64,000 bases of DNA, taken from positions 6,657 to 70,656 of the forward strand of contig JBMNRV010000011.1 in the NCBI GenBank assembly GCA_050944835.1, in the 5' to 3' direction. A model generated the notes under the pieces. The model ran no database searches, was not told the DNA's origin, and saw nothing but the letters and a program-made list of their open reading frames with translations. Made by a program: the position numbers and the translations under genes. This DNA comes from Kiritimatiellia bacterium. Its GTDB lineage: Bacteria; Verrucomicrobiota; Kiritimatiellia; JAAZAB01. This document shows positions 48,560-56,363 of the stretch, one piece after another; position 1 is the first letter of the stretch; each line of letters opens with the position of its first letter.

Positions 48560-49314
48560 TACGTTTTGATCATGTAACCAAATATTTCGGGCAGCGGAAA
48601 GTGCTGGATGACCTGGATTTCGAGGTGCAGCGCGGCGAGACGTTCGTCATCGTCGGGTTTTCCGGCGCTGGCAAAAGTGTTTCGCTTAAGCACATGATTC
48701 GCTTGCTGACACCTGACAGTGGCGCGGTGTTAATAGACGGCGCCGATATCAGCCATGCCGGCGCTCGCGAACTTGTCCGCTTGCGTGAGCGGTTCGGTTT
48801 TCTCTTTCAAGGCGCGGCCCTGTTGCAGTGGTTAAGCGTCGGCGAAAATGTGGCGCTGCCGCTGCGTGAAAAAACCCGGATGCCTGACGCGGAAATCCGC
48901 GAGCGTGTACAAGAAACACTGCGTTTGGTCAATTTGGAAGACGTGTATGACGCCAGGCCGGCAGACTTATCCGGCGGCATGCGTAAACGTGTCGGGCTGG
49001 CGCGCGCAATTGTCGCCAGACCGGAAATTGTTTTATATGATGAACCGACTTCCGGGTTGGACCCGGTGACTTCCCGCGCCATAGATCGCTTGATTGATCG
49101 TTTACGCCTGGAATTGAAGGTGACGGGGGTAGTTGTCACGCATGACTTGTTCAGTGCGTTGGCGATTGGGACACGGATTGCTATGATACATCAGGGGCGC
49201 TTTGTGGAAGTCGCGCCGCCAGAGGAGTTTGTTAAGTCGCGCAATCCCGCAGTGCGGGATTTTCTAGACGCGCAATATATTACTAAAAAAGGTCCTTGGG
49301 AGAAACCGGCATGA
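48556..49314 (+). CDS. mlaF: MlaF family ABC ATPase
   Basis: GFSGAGKS, FQGAAL, LSGGMRKRVGLARA, YDEPTSGLDP. Confidence 0.92.
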   Translation: MIRFDHVTKYFGQRKVLDDLDFEVQRGETFVIVGFSGAGKSVSLKHMIRLLTPDSGAVLIDGADISHAGARELVRLRERFGFLFQGAALLQWLSVGENVALPLREKTRMPDAEIRERVQETLRLVNLEDVYDARPADLSGGMRKRVGLARAIVARPEIVLYDEPTSGLDPVTSRAIDRLIDRLRLELKVTGVVVTHDLFSALAIGTRIAMIHQGRFVEVAPPEEFVKSRNPAVRDFLDAQYITKKGPWEKPA

Positions 49315-50261
49315 AACGTATGGGGAGTCGCGCGCAAGAGCTTTTGCTGGAGATGTTGGTAGGCGCCTTTATGTTCGCGGTACTAATAGGCTTGGCGGTT
49401 TTCACGATTGTTCTTACCCGGGAAAATTATCTGGCGAAAACATATCCGATGGAAGTGGTGTTTGAAGATGTAATGGGCTTGCGTGACGGCGACAATGTGG
49501 TCATTCGCGGCATGACGGTCGGCAAGGTTAAGACATTGACCTTGGCTGATGATGGAGTGCACGTTATTGCTGCTTTGGAGCGACCGCTGCAACTGAAAGA
49601 GGATTATGCAATTCGAGTGATCTCTACTTCCGTGTTAGGCGGACGTTATTTGCAAGTGGATGAAGGCCGCACAGGCGCTGCTTTGCCTGATGATGCCCCG
49701 CTGCGCGGCGAAACACCGCTGGATATGATGATGTTGGCCGCGGATGTCGTGGCAGATTTTCGCGACATTACCGCTAAAATCCGGGCTGGGGAAGGCTCTC
49801 TGGGCAAACTGGTTACAGATGATACACTGTATAATGATGCGCGTGGGTTAGTGGCACAATTGAAACAGGCCAGCGGTGATGGCGGTTTTTTAGCCAAGTT
49901 GGATGGCGTTGCGGATGAACTGGCAGGTATTACCGCCAAGATCAACCGTGGCGACGGCACCCTGGGTAAACTGGTTACGGATGACGCGTTGTATAATGAT
50001 GCGCGCAGTTTTGTGGCACAATTAAAGCAGGCCGGTGGTGATGACGGTTTTTTGGCCAAGTTGGATAATGTTGCGGGTGAACTGGCAGACATTGCCGCCA
50101 AGATCAACCGTGGCGACGGCACCCTGGGTAAACTGGTGAACGAAGATGGCTTGTACGACGAAACCATGGCAACCTTGGGTGAAGCGCGTAAGACGCTGGA
50201 TGACGTCCGTGAAACTTCGCCGCTGGTAACTTTTACCAGCATCCTTTTCGGCGTGCTTTAA
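49311..50261 (+). CDS. mlaD: MlaD/MCE family protein with 54-aa tandem repeats
   Basis: TM anchor, GL..GD.V..RG..VG.V MCE motif, GTLGKLV repeats with 162-bp period. Confidence 0.88.
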   Translation: MKRMGSRAQELLLEMLVGAFMFAVLIGLAVFTIVLTRENYLAKTYPMEVVFEDVMGLRDGDNVVIRGMTVGKVKTLTLADDGVHVIAALERPLQLKEDYAIRVISTSVLGGRYLQVDEGRTGAALPDDAPLRGETPLDMMMLAADVVADFRDITAKIRAGEGSLGKLVTDDTLYNDARGLVAQLKQASGDGGFLAKLDGVADELAGITAKINRGDGTLGKLVTDDALYNDARSFVAQLKQAGGDDGFLAKLDNVAGELADIAAKINRGDGTLGKLVNEDGLYDETMATLGEARKTLDDVRETSPLVTFTSILFGVL

Positions 50262-50312
50262 CCACAAAGCAGCAGAAGAACCACTGATTAACACGGATGA
50301 ACGCGGATGAAG
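50259..50312. repeat. Short modular cluster between convergent genes
   Basis: TAACCACAAAG overlapping the mlaD stop; AACCACTGATTAACACGGATGAACGCGGATG. Confidence 0.7.
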
Positions 50313-50328
50313 GAAGAGGTTTGGAAAT

Positions 50329-51738
50329 TTAGTGAAGCTCGAAAGTGTCCAGATATTCCGGGATGGCAACATCCCATCCCCGCGCTTTCTTGAGCGTGGC
50401 TGCAAATGACTTGGCGGCGTCTTCTTCACCGTGATTTATAAACACACGGCGTGGCGCCTGTTGTACTCCCCCCAGCCATTCTTGCAGTTCATCGCGGTCG
50501 GCATGCGCGGAAAATCCCTCAATGCGGGCTATCTGTGCCTTAACGTCCAATTGTTCTCCGAATAAGCGTATCCGCTTTGTGCCATCCAGAATAATGCGTC
50601 CCAACGTGCCGTGTGCTTGATAGCCGACAAACAGGATCGTGCTTTCCTCGCGTGGCAGATTGGTTTTGAGATGATGTTTGATGCGGCCGCCGGTGCACAT
50701 GCCAGAGCCGGCAATGATGATTGCTGACCCGCGAATATTGTTGATAGACTTGGATTCATCCGTTGTCCGTGTCAGATGCAAGTTGGGAAAATGTCCAATC
50801 AGCTTTTTGCCATTCAGCAATGCCTTCGCCTCACTGTCAAACAAATCCGGATGACGCATAAACACCTCAGTGACGCTGATAGCCATCGGGCTATCAACGA
50901 AAACTTGCAGTGGTGGAATGCGGTCTTCCCGGCGCAATACGCCCAGAAAATACAAAAGTTCCTGAGTCCGTTCGACCGCGAAACTGGGAATCACTATGTT
51001 GCCGCCGCGGCTGACAGCGCTGTTGATGACCTCTGCCAAATTCGAGGGAATGTCCATTGGATCGCCATGCAACCGGTCGCCGTAAGTGGATTCCACTTGA
51101 ACGTAGTCTGCATCAACTGCCAAGTCAGGATCGCGCTGAATCGGCAGATTTTTTCGTCCCATGTCACCCGATAACAACACACTACGCGTTGTGCCATCAG
51201 TATCGCGTAATTCAATGCGCAGGAAAGCGGAACCGAAAATATGGCCGGCTTCGTAAAATGTGGCTGTGATGCCCGGCGCTACTTCCAGCGGTTGACGGTA
51301 AGGCGCTTCGCGCAAAAAACCAATGGCTTTTTCCGCGTCGTTGACATCGTACAACGGTTCATAGGGATAGGGACTGACCCGTCCTTCGCGTTCATGGCGT
51401 TTCTTTTTGAACTTGATGTCTTCCACCTGTAACCGAGCGGAATCCAGCATAATGATTTCTGCAATTTCTCTGGTCGCCGGGGTGCAGAACACCGGGCAGG
51501 CAACCCCCTCTTTCACAAAGCGTGGCAACCGCCCGCAATGGTCGAGGTGGGCATGCGTCAGCACTACCGCGTTTATATTCTTCAGCTCATCCGGTAGCGG
51601 CTCCCAATTGCGGCCTTTCAGTTCGCGTTCCTGATACATTCCGCAGTCCACGATAATTTGGGCCTGACCGGTGCTGAGCAATGTGCAGGACCCGGTCACA
51701 TTCTTAGCTGCTCCGTAATATTTTATGCTGATGGACAT
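50329..51738 (-). CDS. MBL-fold beta-CASP ribonuclease
   Basis: VTGSC, DCGMYQ, THAHLDHCG, AGHIFGS, ESTYG, SGMCTGGR, FSAHAD. Confidence 0.93.
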   Translation of the reverse strand: MSISIKYYGAAKNVTGSCTLLSTGQAQIIVDCGMYQERELKGRNWEPLPDELKNINAVVLTHAHLDHCGRLPRFVKEGVACPVFCTPATREIAEIIMLDSARLQVEDIKFKKKRHEREGRVSPYPYEPLYDVNDAEKAIGFLREAPYRQPLEVAPGITATFYEAGHIFGSAFLRIELRDTDGTTRSVLLSGDMGRKNLPIQRDPDLAVDADYVQVESTYGDRLHGDPMDIPSNLAEVINSAVSRGGNIVIPSFAVERTQELLYFLGVLRREDRIPPLQVFVDSPMAISVTEVFMRHPDLFDSEAKALLNGKKLIGHFPNLHLTRTTDESKSINNIRGSAIIIAGSGMCTGGRIKHHLKTNLPREESTILFVGYQAHGTLGRIILDGTKRIRLFGEQLDVKAQIARIEGFSAHADRDELQEWLGGVQQAPRRVFINHGEEDAAKSFAATLKKARGWDVAIPEYLDTFELH

Positions 51739-51826
51739 TTTGTAATATCTCCCATGTTCCCGGCGTTGTGATCGGCAATCCGTTTGCCGGATGCTTGACG
51801 ATTACGCCGAAAATGACGCGTATCCG

Positions 51827-51903
51827 TGGCGCGCCCGGCAGGACTCGAACCTGCAACCCTCTGATCCGAAGTCAGATGCTCTGTCCAATTGAGCTACGGG
51901 CGC
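51827..51903 (-). tRNA. tRNA-Arg, anticodon TCG
   Basis: GCGCCCGTAGCTCAATTGGACAGAGCATCTGAC-TTCGGA-TCAGAGG..GGTTCGAGTCC..GCGCGCCA; 77 nt with encoded CCA. Confidence 0.95.
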
Positions 51904-51909
51904 ATGCAA

Positions 51910-52332
51910 TCAATCTGTATTCGGCAGCGGGACGGCCCGGCGCGCGGCTTTCTTGGCGCTATGCCGCCGCTTCTGTTCCTCTAAAATCAGGCGCTGCCGC
52001 CGCGACCGCCGCCGTTTCTGGCGCCGGATTTTTTCCGCCGCCTGCTGCCGGGCAGACCGGGCGCCTTCAATCCGCTCCGCCAAACGTTCACACAATTCAC
52101 GCCGGGCCAGGAACCGGTTCATCTCCCGTGAACGGCTTGCCTGGCACTTGATTTCTATGCCGCCGGCTGGATAGCGCAGATAAACACAGGTGGAAGATTT
52201 GTTGAGTTTCTGTCCGCCGCTGCCGGAACCCAGAATGAATTTTTCCGTCAACGCGCTTTCAGTCACACCCAACTCACGCATACGTTGCTCCAAGGCGCGT
52301 TTCTTTTCCGGGCTGACTGGGGCGATACTCAT
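51910..52332 (-). CDS. Peptide chain release factor-like protein (ArfB/YaeJ-type GGQ domain)
   Basis: SGSGGQKLNK, KCQASRSRE.NR, basic C-terminal tail. Confidence 0.85.
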   Translation of the reverse strand: MSIAPVSPEKKRALEQRMRELGVTESALTEKFILGSGSGGQKLNKSSTCVYLRYPAGGIEIKCQASRSREMNRFLARRELCERLAERIEGARSARQQAAEKIRRQKRRRSRRQRLILEEQKRRHSAKKAARRAVPLPNTD

Positions 52333-52372
52333 GGACGTTACTATAGGGATCTAGGTGCAGCAAAATGCAGGA

Positions 52373-52458
52373 TGGTGCCGGAGGAGGGAGTTGAACCCTC
52401 ATGGTGTTGCCACCGCTGGATTTTGAGTCCAGTGCGTATGCCATTTCGCCACTCCGGC
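52373..52458 (-). tRNA. tRNA-Leu, anticodon CAA
   Basis: GCCGGAGTGGCGAAATGGCATACGCACTGGACTCAAAATCCAG, long variable arm, GGTTCAACTCCC..CACCA. Confidence 0.95.
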
Positions 52459-52551
52459 GGATTTAGTCAAAAAGTGTGACTTACGGTACACCAAACCAAA
52501 TATGTTGACAAGCAGAAATTTGGTTAAAAAGGGGCGTCCCGCGCCGGATGA

Positions 52552-53865
52552 TTACCACGAAACCACATACAGTTCATTCTGGGAAACGGCTTGAGCCTCT
52601 TCAATGGTGTGCCACTTTTCGGCATGGCGCAGTCCCCAGGAATCTGATATGGCGATTTCGCCGGTCTGGGCATTATAACCGATGATCATGGTAGTGTGCC
52701 CCTTGGAGGTATCCACTTTAATGCTTTTTGCAGCCCGCCGCGCCTCTTTCAAAGACGCGCTCCAAGCCTCCGGTGATTGTTCCGCCATACGTTCGGCCGG
52801 ATAGCCGTAGCCTGTAAATGGGCCGACGACATACATGCCCCACATCAACGGCAAACCCTTGTTGATGTAGCGCGCCACTTGATCCACAGTAATTCTTCCG
52901 GTAAGCGTTTTAATGCTCCGCCGGTTCTGTTTCACCAATTGATTGACAGCTACAAGCATTTGCGATAGATGTGTGCCGCCACCCTTGGTTGTGCCGGCGG
53001 CATTAGCCAGCATGTATTCATCAGCCGGAATGCCCATGTAGCGCAGGTAACGCGCCCAAGTGGAGGGCACACAATAACCTTTGTCTCCTTGATCTATCAT
53101 AGGTATGCCGGTAATCACCACATCGCCATTTTCGCGGCGCAGGATACGCGTTTGCAATTCAGTTTGCAAATCCGCATCGGTCACTAAAGGCGCCTTGCCG
53201 CGGTTTTCAGCCACAACTGCCGGTACAATCCGCAATGAAAGTGAGGCGTCTTTCTGCTCGGAGAGCAGGAAAACATGATCGCTCCATTGCCAAGCTTTGA
53301 CCAGTTCAGTGGTTTTGTGTCCTTCACCGAAACGCATTTTACGATAAGGGCCTAAAAGCGTGGTTAAGGTTTGTTCCAGACTGTCACTTTGCTGACGGAT
53401 GACTCTGGCAAGCTGCAACTCCTTTTTACGAAATTCCGCCAAAGCTTGGCGATATTCCCGCGGGTTGGCAGCGTAGCGTTGGTCAGGCGCCATCCCCAGT
53501 GTATCGCCCTTGTTGGCAAACATGATCAGCACATCTGCCACTGTTCCGTTCTTGCCGGTGATTTTTATGTTCTCGGGCGGTACCCCGAATACTTTGTCAG
53601 CCGACACAAGGTGTACCGACTCCACGCCGGTGTCCGACTCCAAGCGGGAGGGCAGGCGGGCAGCGGTATCAGCCGCGGACTGTGTCCACAAATCTTCGCT
53701 TGACCAAAGCGGCAGGCCTATGGCGTCATTCATTTGTTCCGGTGTCATGTCTTCGGGAGCGGCAGTCGCCGTGATCGGCACGCCCAGACAGCCGAATACA
53801 GCCAGACAAAATATCAGGCGGATCCGTAAGCCTATTGGCAGTCCAGAAATCTTCATCCCTATCAT
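52552..53865 (-). CDS. Secreted protein with C-terminal papain-like (C39-like) peptidase domain
   Basis: Signal peptide; PMIDQGDKGYC, GHTTMIIGYN, SDSWG. Confidence 0.75.
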   Translation of the reverse strand: MIGMKISGLPIGLRIRLIFCLAVFGCLGVPITATAAPEDMTPEQMNDAIGLPLWSSEDLWTQSAADTAARLPSRLESDTGVESVHLVSADKVFGVPPENIKITGKNGTVADVLIMFANKGDTLGMAPDQRYAANPREYRQALAEFRKKELQLARVIRQQSDSLEQTLTTLLGPYRKMRFGEGHKTTELVKAWQWSDHVFLLSEQKDASLSLRIVPAVVAENRGKAPLVTDADLQTELQTRILRRENGDVVITGIPMIDQGDKGYCVPSTWARYLRYMGIPADEYMLANAAGTTKGGGTHLSQMLVAVNQLVKQNRRSIKTLTGRITVDQVARYINKGLPLMWGMYVVGPFTGYGYPAERMAEQSPEAWSASLKEARRAAKSIKVDTSKGHTTMIIGYNAQTGEIAISDSWGLRHAEKWHTIEEAQAVSQNELYVVSW

Positions 53866-54004
53866 AATCTCATTATCCTCCTATGTTTTGGGCATGATCG
53901 GTGATATATGCTGGATTTGTCAAGATTTTTACAGCTTGACCTGAGTCTCGGTTCCCGGTTAGTATAAACGAGTTTATTCAGTATCGGCTGGTTGGTCCGT
54001 CGGT

Positions 54005-55258
54005 GTGGAGGCGTTGGATGTTCAACAACAACTTGGTTTTATTGGCGATCCCAGTGGCGTTGGGAATCGCCCTGTGGGCGGCATATCAGTTGCTGGAACG
54101 GAAATAACCGTGTCCACCACTCCCTACGAACTGATCAGTACTCCGTCGCAGTTACGCTTGGCTTTGCCCGTGCTGGAAGCCGCGCCATCCTTGGCGCTGG
54201 ATATGGAGATGGAGAACCATTGTCATCTTTACGGTCTGTACATTGCTTTGATACAACTCTCCACACCGGATAACCGGCACTATATCATAGACCCGCTTGC
54301 CGATATAGATTTGCAGCCGCTTGGTAAAATTTTCAGTGACCCTGCGCGCCAGACGATTCTGCATGACGCCGATTTCGATCGCCGGGCGGCGGCTCAAGTG
54401 TATGGCTGGAAACTGCATGGAATATTCGACACCAAAATCGCCGCTCAACTGTGTGGTCATCGCAAATTTGGGTTGGGGAATTTATTGGCGGAATATTTTA
54501 ATGTTACCGCCAATAAACGCTTTCAGACCATGAATTGGATGAAAAGGCCTATTCCTGAGGAAGCGCTGAGTTATGCTGTCGGTGATACGGCCTATCTGCA
54601 TGCCTTGCGTGATCGCTTGTCAGCGCGTCTGTCCGAACTCGGGCGCACTGCTTGGGCGGAGGAGGAATTCGACTGTGCGGAACGCCGGGAAATGCGAGCG
54701 CCGGAATCACCTTTGCATCACCGCATAAAACGCAGTTCGCTGCTGACACCCCGGCAGTTGGCGGTCTTGGGCGCTCTTTCAGATTTCCGCGATCAACAGG
54801 CGCGCCGCATCAACCGTCCGCTGCACTTCATCATGCGTAATGAAATCATGCTGGATTTGGCAAAGCGCAGTAGTTTGACGTTGAAAGATTTACGCGAATT
54901 GCGGGGTGTCCATCCCGTTCTGCGGCAACCCCGCAATCTGGATCGCCTGTTGGCGGCTTGGCATGCCGGTCGGCAAGCTCCGGAGGAACAGCACATGGCG
55001 CGGGTACGGCGGCCGCGGTCGGCCCCGAATTATAAACTCCGGTTAAAAGCTATGCAGCAATGGCGTGCGGAATTGGCGCTGGAATTCGATCTGGAGCCAT
55101 ATCTATTGTTGGACAACGATGTGCTCACATGGTGTGCCAATCATCCCGGGCAGGCGCCGGGTCTGGAAGTTGCCGGATTGGTGCGGCGCTGGCAGCGTCA
55201 GGTTGTCTGGCAGCGGTTTGCTGAAAAGTTTGAAATTACCGCTCCGCTGCCGGACTAA
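54005..55258 (+). CDS. rnd: Ribonuclease D-like 3'-5' exonuclease with HRDC domain
   Basis: ALDMEME, LIQL, LH...FD, FDT.IAA, W..RP, YA..D, HRDC region; start uncertain. Confidence 0.85.
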   Translation: MEALDVQQQLGFIGDPSGVGNRPVGGISVAGTEITVSTTPYELISTPSQLRLALPVLEAAPSLALDMEMENHCHLYGLYIALIQLSTPDNRHYIIDPLADIDLQPLGKIFSDPARQTILHDADFDRRAAAQVYGWKLHGIFDTKIAAQLCGHRKFGLGNLLAEYFNVTANKRFQTMNWMKRPIPEEALSYAVGDTAYLHALRDRLSARLSELGRTAWAEEEFDCAERREMRAPESPLHHRIKRSSLLTPRQLAVLGALSDFRDQQARRINRPLHFIMRNEIMLDLAKRSSLTLKDLRELRGVHPVLRQPRNLDRLLAAWHAGRQAPEEQHMARVRRPRSAPNYKLRLKAMQQWRAELALEFDLEPYLLLDNDVLTWCANHPGQAPGLEVAGLVRRWQRQVVWQRFAEKFEITAPLPD

Positions 55259-56268
55259 GCCAGCGGGCGCAGCAGGTTGTACTTAAACAATACCCTCATC
55301 ATCTCGACATCCAGGCTATGGCCGGACTTGTATGAGATGACCCGGGCGGCCAGGCGGCCGTCTTCAATCAGCGCCAAGGCGGCCAACAAATCGAGCATGG
55401 AACGATGCCAGACTGCTTCCAGTGATTTTCCCTCATGTAAAAGTTTTGGCTCATTCAAATATCGGCGTTTGCCGGCGATCAAGATGTTGCTATTTGTATA
55501 ACCCAAGTTTCGGATGTCTGCAAACAGCTTGCCGATAGTGAGGCAATACAGCCTCATAGCGGCGGTGGTGTTGGTGCGCGCCAGCGCGCCCTGTCGAAAT
55601 ACCTGTCGGTTCAAGGTGAAGCGCAGGCGTTGTTTACCGATAGCGTTTGGGAAATCCGTTGCGCAATCCACGTGCAGCGCAGGAACGTCCGTTGGCAACA
55701 AGGTCAGAAAACTACCGTTTGGGCCGCCGACAGTGACTGGCTCCGCCGGCGTCAGCCAAACTGCCGGTGTGGTGGACACAACCTTGCCGGCCGTCTCAAG
55801 TGCTTCTACCAGGTCCATGCTGCCGCGGTCGAACAGCGGCGGATCGCCCGAGTCCACGCGGATTACCAGATTGTCAATCTGCATTCCTACCCGCAGCGCA
55901 ATGATATGTTCCACCATGCGCATATAGTTGTGTGGCGAGCCGCTGCGCAAAACGATGTTGCGGGCAGTGGTCCAGACGTTGTGGACTGATACCCTGATCG
56001 GTAGCGAGCCCGGCAGATCGCGCCGATCAAACCACCAGCCAGGTCTGGCAGACGGCGCGAACACGAGTGTCCGCTGTTCCTTGCCGAAAAATGTGCCCGG
56101 TCCGCTGACCGATTGTTCCTGAGCAATGGTGGTTTGGCAAGGCTCAGGTGAGTCCGGTACTGCATCGGTGAGATCCATATCCACCGGTTGACTTTCCCAT
56201 TTTTTGTAAGAGGCTCGAATTTCGTCGGTCGTTCCGTGTAAAACCAAGCCAAAAGGTTCATCGCCCAT
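55255..56268 (-). CDS. lpxC: Divergent UDP-3-O-acyl-GlcNAc deacetylase (LpxC-like)
   Basis: QTTI, MVEHIIAL, DPPLFDRGS, ART, EAVWHRSMLDL, KSGH. Confidence 0.75.
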   Translation of the reverse strand: MGDEPFGLVLHGTTDEIRASYKKWESQPVDMDLTDAVPDSPEPCQTTIAQEQSVSGPGTFFGKEQRTLVFAPSARPGWWFDRRDLPGSLPIRVSVHNVWTTARNIVLRSGSPHNYMRMVEHIIALRVGMQIDNLVIRVDSGDPPLFDRGSMDLVEALETAGKVVSTTPAVWLTPAEPVTVGGPNGSFLTLLPTDVPALHVDCATDFPNAIGKQRLRFTLNRQVFRQGALARTNTTAAMRLYCLTIGKLFADIRNLGYTNSNILIAGKRRYLNEPKLLHEGKSLEAVWHRSMLDLLAALALIEDGRLAARVISYKSGHSLDVEMMRVLFKYNLLRPLA

Positions 56269-56363
56269 TGGAAAATTCCTTTACTGAATCAAGATATTGG
56301 CCATTCATTATTCCTGATGGGATTCCATGTGTGTATCCTATATTCCCTGCAAAACTGTATTGC

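Noticed and set aside
51827-52458. tRNA-anchored prophage or genomic island
   Set aside because: No integrase and no duplicated tRNA 3' end noticed in the window; the flanking genes are ordinary.
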